Shown: one piece after another, positions 42,062 to 53,897 of the stretch
Position numbering within the stretch: position 1 is the stretch's first letter
Layout of the letters: each line of letters opens with the position of its first letter
Source of the DNA: Octopus sinensis
Lineage: Eukaryota
NCBI RefSeq assembly: GCF_006345805.1
Contig: NC_043011.1
Span: 28,904,464 to 28,968,463, forward strand
DNA length: 64,000 nt
Direction: 5' to 3'
The notes under the pieces: model-generated
Told to the model about the DNA's origin: nothing
Database searches by the model: none
The model's input: only the letters and a program-made list of their open reading frames with translations
Made by a program: the position numbers and the translations under genes

Positions 42062-42520
42062 TAATAATAATAATAATGAAATTATTGTATATAGTGCTCA
42101 GGTGCACCACAACTTGTCAAAAGTGCATATAAAGCATATGCAGTAATGTACAAATGTCTGGGAAGTGAACAGTGTATAAGTCAGATACATGCTTGCATGT
42201 GAATGGAGGGGAGAAAATCAGGTGTAGTGTTGGCGAATCTCAGGAAGCATAGAAGTTTTGAAAGATGCAGTGCTCCGACAACTAACAACTGATGCTGGCA
42301 GTTTGTTCCATACTTCAGCAACTCTTAGCATGAAAAAATGTTTCCGAAAATCATGGGAGCTGTGCTGTTTTCTGACCTTGTAAACATGTCCACGAGTGTT
42401 AGACAGGTGGAGTTTGAAAAGGTGCTCAGAGTTATTGTTAGTAAGAGGGTTAATAATTTTATGGGTGTCTGTGAAGTCAGCTGCCAGACATCAGAGTTTC
42501 AGAGTGACTGCACTGAAATA
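42062..42520 (-). mobile_element. CR1/L2-clade LINE 3' fragment
   Basis: Reverse complement encodes ...KIIN.LTNNNSEHLF...NTRGHVYKVRKQHSSHDFRKHFF.LRVAE.WNKLPASVVSCRSTASFK, the typical CR1/L2 C-terminal RGH...FF..RV...WN.LP pattern, ending in a short triplet tail. Confidence 0.8.
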
Positions 42521-42594
42521 TGAATGATTGATGACAAATATGAAAAAAAAAATACTGATAGAATTGAAGGTATTTTACTAACAATAGAAATAAA

Positions 42595-42823
42595 TTAAAC
42601 CTTTAGCTTTCAGATTACTCTGTCAAATGTAATGCTTATTTACTCCCATTATTTTAAATTAATCATGCATTATCTCACGGCTTTGAGATTTCAATGACAT
42701 GGTTGTTTATTTTTAGAATGACATTGTAGGGTATGTGTGAGAGACCAGATCTGGCCAGTTTGAACATATGACAAGGTAGAATATTTGGACCGGGTATGGC
42801 CAGTTCAAATGCCGAAGAGTTAA
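42595..42823 (-). mobile_element. piggyBac-like MITE, family 2 (inverted copy)
   Basis: Reverse complement is collinear with 33243-33470 (cagattactctgtcaaatgt...accagatctggccagtttgaacat). Confidence 0.8.
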
Positions 42824-43613
42824 AGAAGATGGAAAGCAGTTGGGTTCAAACTTTGAAACATGAATTCTCCCACATGTAATGAAACAAGATCAAGATACCT
42901 TGAGAAACACTACTTCATTGCTTAACTATCCAAAGTGATAGACATATTGTTAAATCAAATAAATAGGATTATTATCAAGAAAAAGAAGAGAAATAATTGG
43001 AAACATCATTATTCTATATTTTAATCTACATTGTATTCATTTCTTTTGTTTTCTTGTATGAAATATATGAAACTATTTAGCTGTATCTCATAGGATACTA
43101 CATATTTTTACATCTGGATCTTTTTAATTTGAGTGAGATTGGCTTCATTGAACCACCCCTTCTATTTCTGTACAGTGATGCAGATAGTTCTGTTGTGTGA
43201 TTCATGGGTAATGCTTAAACTATTGTACAAGTTTAAAGGGTGGAGGTTGTCTGTCTAAAAGCAGACATAATATATATAGAGTAATTGTTACTGGTACTGT
43301 TCTCGTTGTTGTTGTTGTTGTTGTTGTTGTTGTTAGAGCATTTATTTTTGTGGCTACTGTTAGAATCAAAGTTATTTTTTCTTTAGAAGGACATTGCCAA
43401 CAGTGTGTATGTGTGTGTGTATATATATATATGTATATATATATATAATAGATATACTGACGGCAATAAAGATAGATATACATATATACACACATATATA
43501 TAACATATATATATATAACATATATACATATATATATATACATACAATATATATATATATATGTTATATATATATAACATATATAAACATATATATATAT
43601 ATATATATATATA

Positions 43614-43690
43614 GTTAATCCAAACATGAAAACACAACAACGTGAGAACATGGAACAATATAGTATTATTGGACGCTCAGGAAGGAAGGA
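43614..43690 (-). mobile_element. Truncated copy of family 2 element, lacking the hammerhead part
   Basis: gttaatccaaacatgaaaacaca...tattggacgctcaggaa matches 58421-58505; embedded in (TA)n. Confidence 0.7.
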
Positions 43691-43703
43691 ATATACATAT
43701 ATA

Positions 43704-43741
<38 letters not shown>

Positions 43742-43808
43742 CATATATATATATATATATATATTATAATCCATAATATATATAATATATATTTATAATA
43801 TATATATA

Positions 43809-43864
<56 letters not shown>

Positions 43865-43983
43865 ATATATAGAAATTCGGGGTGAGTACTTGATAATTAT
43901 AAGCACCTGTGTATACCGTTTAGTGGTGTAGGTGGTGGAGTAAATTGATCAAAATAAAATAAAAACATGATGCGAAGGATTCA

Positions 43984-44061
43984 GCGGTACATATGTTTCG
44001 GGCCTTTATTAGACAGATTTATAACAATGCATAATGTATGTCTGTGGCCTTCTTCAGCCGC
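43984..44061 (-). ncRNA. Type I hammerhead ribozyme in the PLE 3' region
   Basis: Reverse complement reads GCGG-CUGAAGA-A-GGCC-[ACAGA...UCUGU hairpin]-GGCC-C-GAAA-CAUAUG-UA-CCGC. Stem I is GCGG/CCGC, the core is CUGANGA + GAAA, stem III is the palindrome ACAUAUGU, and the cleavage triplet is GUA (cut after base 43988). Confidence 0.85.
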
Positions 44062-45830
44062 GCACAACAGCTTCCACAAGGACATGTGTTACATCAAAAA
44101 TTCTTGGTTGGGGATGCAAATCCTCTCATTCCCGTGTGACATAATGCGGCAGCAGCATAGAATTGAAGCGTCCATCTCTTTCTTCTCTCAATGTAGAATG
44201 AGGAAAATTGGATGTTGAGGTAATGTAAATAAATAAATACATATATAGAGGTGAAGATGGAGGGGCGAGAGTTCGGGACGAGGGATAAAAAATGTATAAA
44301 AAGTGTAAGTATAGAATAATATAAAAATATAGAGGATAAAGATATAAAGAGTTGTAAGGAGATGTAAAGGGGGTATAAAGAAATATAAAGAAATATAAAT
44401 AAATGTAAAGGCATAAGGTTATAAAGTAAAAATAGAAATAGAAATAAAAGTAAAAAAACCTGATAAAAACATGATAAAAGTGTAAAAGAATGTAAAGATA
44501 AGGGATGTGTAGAGGTTACGGACCAAGCATGGTGGTCAGGAGATTGATAAAATTTAGTTGTAGAATTGTCAGTAAATCAACAGTTTCGTCTGGGGACCTA
44601 ATGCGTTGTAAATCAGAGCTGATGAGCATTTAATCTGGTTCCTTGAATTAAATGGACTTCTAGTACATACATATCATCATGGATACATACACCCACATAC
44701 ACGCGTACATATACGCCTCCAAGCTTATAAGCATATAAGCATACACACGCACTCGCGTGTAAACACGTACATAAACACACACGCACCCACACGCACGCGC
44801 GTACACACACATACATACAACAACAGAATATCCGCATGTATACACGGACATTATACGCGTACACACTCACATGTATATACGCGCGCCCATCACTACATAC
44901 ACACACGTATATGCCCACGCCTCTAGGTCTAGGTATAAGATATTAAAGGATGTGTATAAGAACGTATGTAAAGAATCCCGTACTCATGTCTATACGTGCA
45001 CGCACACACGGCTGTGTGTCCGTATGTGCGTTCACATATACACCCACATACACACACAGAGACACACGCGCACACGGGTATAGCTATAAGATATCGAAGT
45101 ATGCATGTACATATATGCGTGTGCACATGTATGTATGCGTATACACACGTACGCGGACGCTCGTATAGTCAAAAAGTGGATCCATAGGTAAGTAAATAAA
45201 CATATATGGAGGTGTAAAGCGATAAGTTATGGGTAAGAATGAGGGTAAGGGTAAAGATTAGAAATAAAAAATACAGTATAAAATAAGAAATACAATGTAA
45301 TAGTTAGAAATGAAATATAAGAATTATAAAAATTATAAGAGTTAAGGTAAGGGATGAAAATAAAAATGAGAATAAATGGAAGTAGAATAAACGTAAAAAT
45401 AAAATTAAAAATAAAAATAAATGGAAGTAGGATAAAAGTAAAAATAAAAATAAAAATAAAAGTACACATAAAAATAAAAATAAAATAAAATAAGATAAAA
45501 ATATAATTTGGTAAAGTTTAACATGAGATGAAGGTGGTTTAAAGTTAGAGGTGTGTGTTAAACGTAGGGGCGGGCGGGGGGAACTGAAAATTGGAAGGGT
45601 GGGAAGTGGAGTTTGGCTTGTGGCGTTCAACATCCGAGTTAGAAATGTGAAGGGTATATATATAGGGAATTAAAGAGACTACATAGGGAGGATATGGGTG
45701 TAGGAGAAGAAATATTTAGGGAAAAGAAGTCATATATGGGAGACAAAATTTGTATATATAGGAGGAAAATGCAGGGAACCGTATATGCACATACACACAC
45801 CCACACACACACACACACACGCACATGCAC

Positions 45831-45862
<32 letters not shown>

Positions 45863-45997
45863 GTACACGTATGTGCACATACATATGTACACACACACAC
45901 ATGCACATATACACGCACATATAGGAAAGCGGGATGTGCTGGAGCCGACAGGTTGCACCGGGTGGGAGGAAATTGCATGGGGGAGTTGGTATAGGAC

Positions 45998-48153
45998 CTA
46001 AGCATTGTAGTATTTGAAAGTATTAATAAGTTTATGTATACAGGATGGTTTGAACTCTGACCTTTTGTTAATAAGATTGTGTTTGTCTTTGAATTTCAAT
46101 GTTCAGGAGTTCTACACAACATAGTTGGCATCCTGCTCTATTATTTAAATAAGGTGCAGCTGATCCGATGATGGACCATCTGAGTTTGAAGCCTATGCAT
46201 TTGTCTTTTAATTCCCAAATTCTTTTAGAGAGGGAGGTGCTGTTAGCCTTATGTCTGTGTCTCAGCGAGGACCGGTGGTTGTAGTATCTGGATTTCCAGG
46301 AGGTTGAGCAACCAATATAGGTGAGTGTGTTAAACTGAGTACTCACCTCACATGAGTATATTACGTTTTTCGCCCTACATGCGCCCTGCAGCGGGCACTC
46401 TGATGCACATCTGCAGTTGCATTGCATTGCATTATTCGGTCGTGTGCTGCTAATCCCAGGCGGAGGTGTTGCAATACGAGTGGGGGCATTGGTATCCTCC
46501 TGGTTGTTGATGGGTGTAGTATTTCCTCTGTTGTGTTGGCGGGTGTTATTATTAACTGTTTGGGTAGTATGGCTGCCAGTCTGGTTATATTGTCTGCTGT
46601 CTAGATGAGGGGGGTTCTGTTGGTCGTTATGGTTTGCTCTTGATCTAGCTGTTCTAATATTAATATAGTTATGTTTAGCTATGAGGCAGCTCATGTTGGG
46701 CAGGGTAGAGTAGGAAATCCTAATAGTTTTGTTGGAGAAGATACTTCTATACTTGTGGGTGGGTGGGAAGTTGTTGGAAATTATAGAGAATATTCTCTTA
46801 CATAACTTGCCCCTAACTGCTAAGTTGAAAGGTATGTTGAACTATATATATTTGCGTAATCTGCTATTATCCCTTCCATTTCTCCTAATAGGATCTATAT
46901 TGCTCTCGTCGGGAGGGTTACTATTGTGTGCTATTCTATTAGTTCGCCTATTTCCTATACGTTGTTTGGAGTTTAAATTAGAATTATCGCTAGTGTGAGT
47001 TGAGTGCTGAGTTCGATTATAAATGGGAGTCTTATGGCCGACGGACGCTCCCGGGTGGTCTACATATGATATTCTCTGGTTATACCCGGCACTATAGAGA
47101 GCCTGGTTGTAGTGTTGTGCATGATTATTGAAAATTTCTCTATTAGAGGATAGTTTTGTCAGTCTGTCTGAGATGGCTTGGACCGTGGTGCTAATTATAC
47201 ATGGTGGATGGTTGGAAGAGGTATGGATGTATTTGGTAGTTTCTTCGGGTTTCCTATACGGGTGGTGAAGGTGCTTATTCAAATCTAGCGTAACATCTAA
47301 GAAGTTTACTATTTTAGTATTGGTCATAAATTCTAGTTTAAGATTGAAGGATTTGAAAAAAGCCTGATCTTTTTCCTAATTCTTTCTAGTTTACTCCTAT
47401 TGTTGGTGGGGTATATGAAGAGAGCGTCGTCTCTGTATAGACCCCCCTGAAGATCCGGTACCTCGGAGAAAAGCTTCTTGAGCAGGTAGGCCCCGACCAA
47501 GTCAGTCACCTGAGCTGAATCGCTCGAGCCCATAGCCACATCGAAATTGTCGGGGGTGTCGGATCTGGTCCAGAGTCTACCGTCGAATTCTATTATGGTT
47601 TTTCTAGCTAATAGAATTATGTCAATTTTTTCTCTGTCTATGAGTGAAAGGTTGCGGGCAAAAATAAGGGATTTGTTAAGTAAGATGGGGGATATACTGG
47701 CGTAGTAGTAGCTATGTCGAATTGGATGAATGAGTAGTCGGGCCTATTGGTGATAGTGTTAAACCATTCTAGCACATCGTCGGTGTTAATCCATAGTTGG
47801 AGTGGGATGTGGGGTTTGATGTGTGGAATCACCTTGTCCAGGATAGTCTTGCTAAGTCTGCCGATATCCGATTTAGTCGGACAGATTAATCGTACTCCTA
47901 CACTATCTGGGAAGTCTTTCTTATGGTCTTTAATAGTAATTTTGGGTACTTGTGGTTTAATAGGTTCTGTTCTGTCCAGGAGGTCTAATTTGCTCATAAC
48001 TTCCTTGATTTTGTAGTTAATTTCCTTAAGGTTATCCGTAGAAGTAGTTTTATACTTTTTTGCTAAGTTCCCTCATGATGAGCGATTTGTAGGTTTGGTA
48101 GTCTAGCCTATACCAGTTCCCGTCTTGTCGGCGGGTATGATAAGGCTATCATC
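45998..48153 (-). pseudogene. Disrupted PLE ORF (reverse transcriptase + GIY-YIG endonuclease)
   Basis: ORF pieces 47997-47638, 47539-47333 and 47327-46842 are joined by frameshifts. 47327-46842 and 46694-46068 are in the same frame, separated by one TAG (KYI*FNIP, where W is expected). A further frameshift near 46070 leads into NLINKRSEFKPSCIHK and a stop at 45998. Confidence 0.9.
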
Positions 48154-48351
48154 AACATACATATATATATATATATTATATATATATATTATAAAGTATT
48201 TTATATATATATATTATATTTATATATATATATTATATAATATATATAGATATATTATATATATAATATATAATATATATATATATATATATTAACATAC
48301 ATATATATATATATATATATATACATACATATATATATATAGATATATATA

Positions 48352-48510
48352 TATTCTCAAATGCAGGATAAGGCTAATAATATAGCCTGAACAGGATAGC
48401 TACCCCTATTTTGCAGAAATAAGCGTTGGCGGCCGGCTATGAGACACGAACTCACACCTCCGTTATTATTCATCGCAGTGCTCTGAACCCTTAAGCTAAA
48501 CTGCCCACAC
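48352..48510 (-). mobile_element. tRNA-like head (SINE or tRNA pseudogene)
   Basis: Reverse complement GGGCAGTTTAGCTTAAGGG...GTGAG-TTCGTGT-CTCAT gives a T-arm, but the acceptor stem does not pair. Part of it is duplicated at 48628-48690. Confidence 0.55.
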
Positions 48511-48796
48511 CACAAATTCTTCCGCAAATTTAAGATATAGAAATCTCGCTTTATGAGACGCTATCATACGTTAAATTCAAATTAGAAGCATTGAGATGTC
48601 TTAGAAAGTTAAAGAAGTTATTTTAAATTCTCAAATGCAGGATAGTAGCCTGAATAATATTGCAGAAAAAAGTGTTGACAGCCAGCTATGAGAATTTAAA
48701 GTATATATAGAAATATATATATATATATATTTCGTTTTGGGATTTTGTCTGCAAGATTCTTTATATGAGTTCATGTGTTGAAGCATTTTCTGTTGT

Positions 48797-49052
48797 GTCT
48801 GGGGAGAGTCATTTTCTTTTTGTGCCTGATAATATAACACACTCACTGGTAAAATTTCCACTTTTTTCTTACTTTTATTTTCCTAAAATTTTCGTTGCGT
48901 CTTGCAACCTTTTCAATAGTTTTGAGTCAAAACTATTGAAAAGGTTGCAAAACGAACGAAAATTTTAAGAAAATAAAAGTATGAAAACAGTGGAAATTTT
49001 ACTGGTGAGTGTGTTATATTATAAGGCAAAAAAGAAATGACTCTCCCCAGAC
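48797..49052. repeat. Fold-back element: ~128-bp inverted arms with a 1-nt centre
   Basis: gtctggggagagtcatt...tttcaatagttttga G tcaaaactattgaaa...aatgactctccccagac; centre at 48926. Confidence 0.9.
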
Positions 49053-49057
49053 CAATA

Positions 49058-49097
<40 letters not shown>

Positions 49098-49105
<8 letters not shown>

Positions 49106-49274
49106 ATATTTCGGAATGGTCATATTGCCAGTTTAGCCAATAAAAACACGCACTATATATTTGGTGTTATTTTGCTTCAGTGATATTTATTTTTTACATT
49201 AATCTTAATCTTATTTCGGCCAAAGTTCTTATTGGCTAAACTGGCAATATGACCATTCCGAAATATAACAATAT
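49098..49274. mobile_element. MITE with perfect 46-bp terminal inverted repeats
   Basis: 49098-49143 (atattgttatatttcggaatggtcatattgccagtttagccaataa) is the exact reverse complement of 49229-49274; adjacent to (TA)n. Confidence 0.88.
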
Positions 49275-49328
49275 CTGTTTCAACACACGACTTCACATAA
49301 AAAATCTTGCACAACAAATATTTAAACG

Positions 49329-49360
<32 letters not shown>

Positions 49361-49769
49361 TAGATAGATATATAACATTTAATCCATGATCATTAGTCTG
49401 GTAAAATATCTTTTTATACACCCAGACTTATCTTGAGTTCTTTATTCTTAGTGACCAGATAATCCTCTTTGAGCTTGTTACCCAATAGAATACACACTCA
49501 CAGACACACATGTACGTACATACATATATATGTATGCACACACTTGCACTTGAATATTTATGCAAACGTATACTGTACACATTTACTCATAAGAGCACAC
49601 ACTTTATGTGTGAGGGGGTGTGGGGGGAGAGAAAGAAAGAAAGAATGACAGGAAGGAAAGAAGGAAAAAAAATTGATACATCTTGATATTAAATATGATG
49701 AGAAATCATTTTGTTGTATTGTTAAGGTGTGTGTGTACATACATACATACATACATAGACAGACTGACA

Positions 49770-49805
<36 letters not shown>

Positions 49806-49872
49806 TACACACACACAGACACACACACACAGACAGACACACACACAGACAGACACACACACAGACAGACAC

Positions 49873-49946
<74 letters not shown>

Positions 49947-49954
49947 CGATAGAT

Positions 49955-49989
<35 letters not shown>

Positions 49990-51613
49990 GCTTTTAGGGG
50001 TTACATGCTCTTTTATGTGAGGGAGCTTGGTGGTCCCAGAGGACTCATCATGCATATATATACATATATATATACACACACACACACATACATACATACA
50101 TACATACATACACATGCACACATATTTTATAAGTATTAATATATATATATATATATATATATGATATAAACATGACAATATTTCAGGATTATTTTTAATT
50201 GTTTACTCAAGACAGCATTTGTATTAAATTGGTTCTTCAGAGACAATCTAAATATTTTCATACATGACAACAATTGGAATGCAACAGCTTGAAATTATCC
50301 ACTACAACCATTGATAACAGTTTATTATATAAGTTTGATTTTTGTGTGAAAACAATTACATATTTGGTTGAATCTATCCAAAATATACAATACAATCACA
50401 GACACCAAAAGAAAATGTTGACCCTGGCATGGCACATCAAACCTCAAAGGATTCATCCAAATACTCTAAGACATTTAGTCCAACATTTTTCTATTTCTGT
50501 CATCACTAACCGTTCTTTGTTACAAAAAATATTCAATGAAGCAAAAATATTCAAAATAAAACTGAAATAACCACACAGATTTCTTTCTAGATTATTTATA
50601 AATGATATTTGAATTCCTTATGTTTAATTTTTAAGCATTTTCTTAATTTATACACATGATGTACCCTGGTGGTCAGCAGTCATAGGGAAAATAATTCAAA
50701 CTTCCAATCTAGCCTTAACTTCATGAAAATCATCAAGTTAAGGCTAAACTGGAATTTTGTATTTTAAATCAAAGAGTGAAAAAAGTGCATAGTATAAGGG
50801 AATTACAACCGTGTTTCGTGGTCTGCTACCACAACAGCTCCTTTATAGGATCCAGTTAGCTCAAGACATCATCAGGAGGAACCACGTCCGGTTTCGGCCC
50901 CTACTCCTCTACCGTTTTGATGTGGTGCCCCCCCCCCTTTTTGGAGGTGTCTTCAACTCTGGTGTTGGGTGCATGTCTTCTTTCTTCTTCTTTCTTCAGT
51001 TCCCTGGCCTCTTCAATGTATCGTCAGCGAGTGTCAGCCGGTGACTAACTGTCTTGTCAAATTTCTCCCTTTAAATACCTGCCACATAGGCTCCACATTT
51101 ATTTTTTTTTTCCTTATACGTTATAAAGATCTTAAAATTTCCCTTCAAAACTGTGAGTTATTCATTGTAAGGTAACCAAATGCAATGTGATGCCTTAAAT
51201 TATTATTTTTGTTTGCCTGATTGCATGAACATCAGTCAAGACAATTTTGTCTGAGAATTATTTGTCAAAAAAATATTTGACAATTTTCATCTCATCTTTA
51301 TTTTCTTTCTGGTTGTCTATATCCTCTATAATTTAAGTACGCTGACCAATGTTCAAAATAACACTAATTTCTTATAATTCTAGTGCTTTTTTTTTTTTTT
51401 GCCTTTGACATTTAAACTAGGGTGGGTGGGTCTGTATAAACACTGCAGTCCAATAGCAAATACAAATATTTTTTATGATTTCTGAAATTAATTAATTGTT
51501 GGAATGTATCATAATTTATGATACCTCATTAAATGATGATTTATGCCTAGAAATTGCTTAGAAATATTATTTGTTGTAATTCATCATATATCTATGGTAT
51601 ATGAGGTGGGGTG

Positions 51614-51648
<35 letters not shown>

Positions 51649-51650
<2 letters not shown>

Positions 51651-51897
51651 AGACAAGGATAGCAAAAGGGGAAGAAGTAAAAGGAAGAGAAAGAGGTACT
51701 TACCACAAAAGAAAAGTAAACTCAATGGAAGGAAAAGCCAGTAGTGCTGACAGAAAGTTCCTTCAAATGCAATCGCTGTATGTGTAACCACCACTCCTGT
51801 GTGGACCTTTACAGCCACAGGAGATGCCGCACCACAATCAGTAGCTAACACAATTTCTTCAGGTGCAGATCCATGGTCTCTCAAGAACAAATACCTA
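51649..51897 (+). mobile_element. RTE (BovB-like) LINE 3' end with C-terminal zinc-finger remnant
   Basis: Frame WKEKPVVLTESSFKCNRCMCNHHSCVDLYSHRRC resembles the RTE C..C...GL.SH.R.C terminus, followed by an RTE-like 3' UTR ccatggtctctcaaga. Confidence 0.7.
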
Positions 51898-51910
51898 CTA
51901 TATATATATA

Positions 51911-52145
51911 TCATCATCACCATCATCATCATCGTTTAACGTCCGTTTTCCGCGCTAGCACGGGTTGGACGGTTTCGACCGGGGTCTGGGGAGCTAGGGA
52001 CTGCCCCAGGCTCCAGTCTAGTCTGGCAGTGTTTCTACAGCTGGATGCCCTTCCTAACGCCAACCACTCCGCGAGTGTAGTGGGTGTTTTTTACATGCCA
52101 CCTGCACAGGTGCCAGAGGGGTCTGGCATCGGCCACGTTTCGGAT
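51911..52145 (-). mobile_element. Retroposon with RTE-like 3' end and (GAT)n tail
   Basis: Minus strand ends ...aacccgtgctagcgcggaaaacggacgttaaacgatgatgatg. Related copies are at 58800-59030 (-), 37117-37170 (+) and 11790-11915 (+). Confidence 0.8.
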
Positions 52146-52687
52146 GGTGCTTTTTATGTGGGGCGGGGGGGTGCAGAATATAGGGGAGCACCAGTGGGGA
52201 GGGGTGTTCAGAGAAATGATGACAGGTTCTAGCATAGAACGTAGGATATCAAGAGAGGGTTAATGCATGGTGAAATAGCGTATTGAAGAGGGGTTCGAAG
52301 AGTAGACCCTATAATGGTGGTGGAGAAGCGACATCCGGTATAGATGGAGCAAAAATATATAGATATCCGGTATTGGTGGTGGGGGTGGGCAGGGCGGGTG
52401 CACCGCGAATACACGATGGTTGATTATAGTCGAGAGGAGAAATGGATAAATTAGTTAAAATAATTAGATAGAGAAATTAGATAAAAATAGTTAGATAGAT
52501 AAGAAAGCATGTATGATCGATCGAGAAGTGAAAATAAATAAGCATTCAAACTTATCTGCGCTCGGGTGCTAGATGAATGAATGAGAGAGCAAATGATGGG
52601 GCCGCCTTTTTTAAGTAAAAATTGTCCGGAAGAGGAATTTTTGGACAAGGCGGAAGTGTATTAAAGGAACAGGCTTCAAGATGGCGG

Positions 52688-52729
<42 letters not shown>

Positions 52730-52986
52730 ATTATTATTATTATTATTATAATCATTATTATCATTATTATTATTATCATTATTATTTTATTATTATTATC
52801 TACTTGAAAAAAAAGCCATGAAATGCATGTAGTCTTTTTACTACTATTTACTATTTATTGTACTTTATTGAGTTTTAGAATAAGTTTTTTTTTAATAGTA
52901 TATGTTTCCTATATGGTGTGAATAACAGCTTTCATTATTGAATTGTTTAACAGAGGTTTTTCTCTAAATTACATACATCTACATAC

Positions 52987-53017
<31 letters not shown>

Positions 53018-53495
53018 CATACATACATATATACACATATATATACAAACAAACACATATATACATACCCACTCACATACATCTGCATACATATTTACAC
53101 TCATATATATACATATACATGTCATCTCTTGAGCTCTCAACAGCCACACACACATTTGTGTGCATATATGCAGACACACATACACATATATATATATATA
53201 TATATGTTTGCATATATATGTAGACACGCACCCACATATATACACACACATATATATGCACATATATATATATACATGTACATATATCACATATATACTT
53301 AAAAATACTAAAACACTCACACACACATATATATGCATACATATATAAAATTGTATACAACAGAAAGTAGAATGGAGAATTATATATTTTTTAATTCATA
53401 ATTTATAATCTAAAATTTGGTTATGCACATTACATAATGCAACAATGCATTAATTCTGAACCTAAATTGATCAATAATTAACTGACTACAATATT

Positions 53496-53897
53496 TATTT
53501 CTTTATTGCCCACAAGAGGACAAACAAGGACAGACAAAGAGATTAAGTCGATTACATTGACCCCAGTGCATAACTGGTACTTATTTAATCGACCCCGAAA
53601 GGATGAAAGGCAAAGTCGACTTTGGCGGGATTTGAACTCAGAACGTAACGGCAGATGAAATACCTATTTCTTTACTACCCACAAGGGGCTAAACGCAGAG
53701 AGGACAAACAAGGACAGACAAACGGATTAAGTCGATTATATCGACTCCTGTGTGTAACTGGTACTTATTTAATCGACCCCGAAATGATGAAAGGCAAAGT
53801 CGACCTCGGCGGATTTTGAACTCAGAACGTAGCGGCAGATAAAATACCACTAAGCATTTCACCTGGCATGCTAACAATTCTGCCAGCTCATCGCCCA
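53496..53897 (-). mobile_element. SINE dimer (full-length + 5'-truncated copy) inside one 16-bp TSD
   Basis: AACTGACTACAATATT at 53480-53495 and 53898-53913. The internal junction gggtagtaaagaaata/ggtatttcatctgcc (minus strand) lies near 53664. Confidence 0.92.

Larger units (their letters stand above)
43871..48153 (-). mobile_element. Penelope-like retroelement (RT + C-terminal GIY-YIG endonuclease), 5'-truncated, with ~2.1 kb non-coding 3' region; flanked by (TA)n
   Basis: Minus-strand peptides include IPADK, QFDI (RT motif A), GLYRDD (RT catalytic), NFLDVTLD, YRKP...YIHTSSNHPP, CNC..CPLQGAC, IY...YIG, RYYNH, CQLC and NKRSE. This RT-then-GIY-YIG order is characteristic of PLEs. Both ends abut AT microsatellite. 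Confidence 0.93.

Noticed and set aside
44610-44660. Plus-strand CTGATGAG followed by an 8-bp hairpin (catttaat/attaaatg)
   Set aside because: No GAAA follows the hairpin, so it is not a hammerhead.
46842-46844. In-frame stop in the PLE ORF as possible recoding
   Set aside because: It is TAG at a position where Trp (TGG) is expected and the ORF also has frameshifts. A simple inactivating mutation is the better explanation, not selenocysteine (which uses TGA).
51716-51897. Apparent minus-strand exon (RYLFLRDHGSAPEE...LLFFC) with a perfect GTAAGT donor
   Set aside because: The plus strand is better explained as an RTE LINE 3' end with a zinc-finger remnant, and the acceptor is weak. Antisense exonisation cannot be excluded without RNA data.
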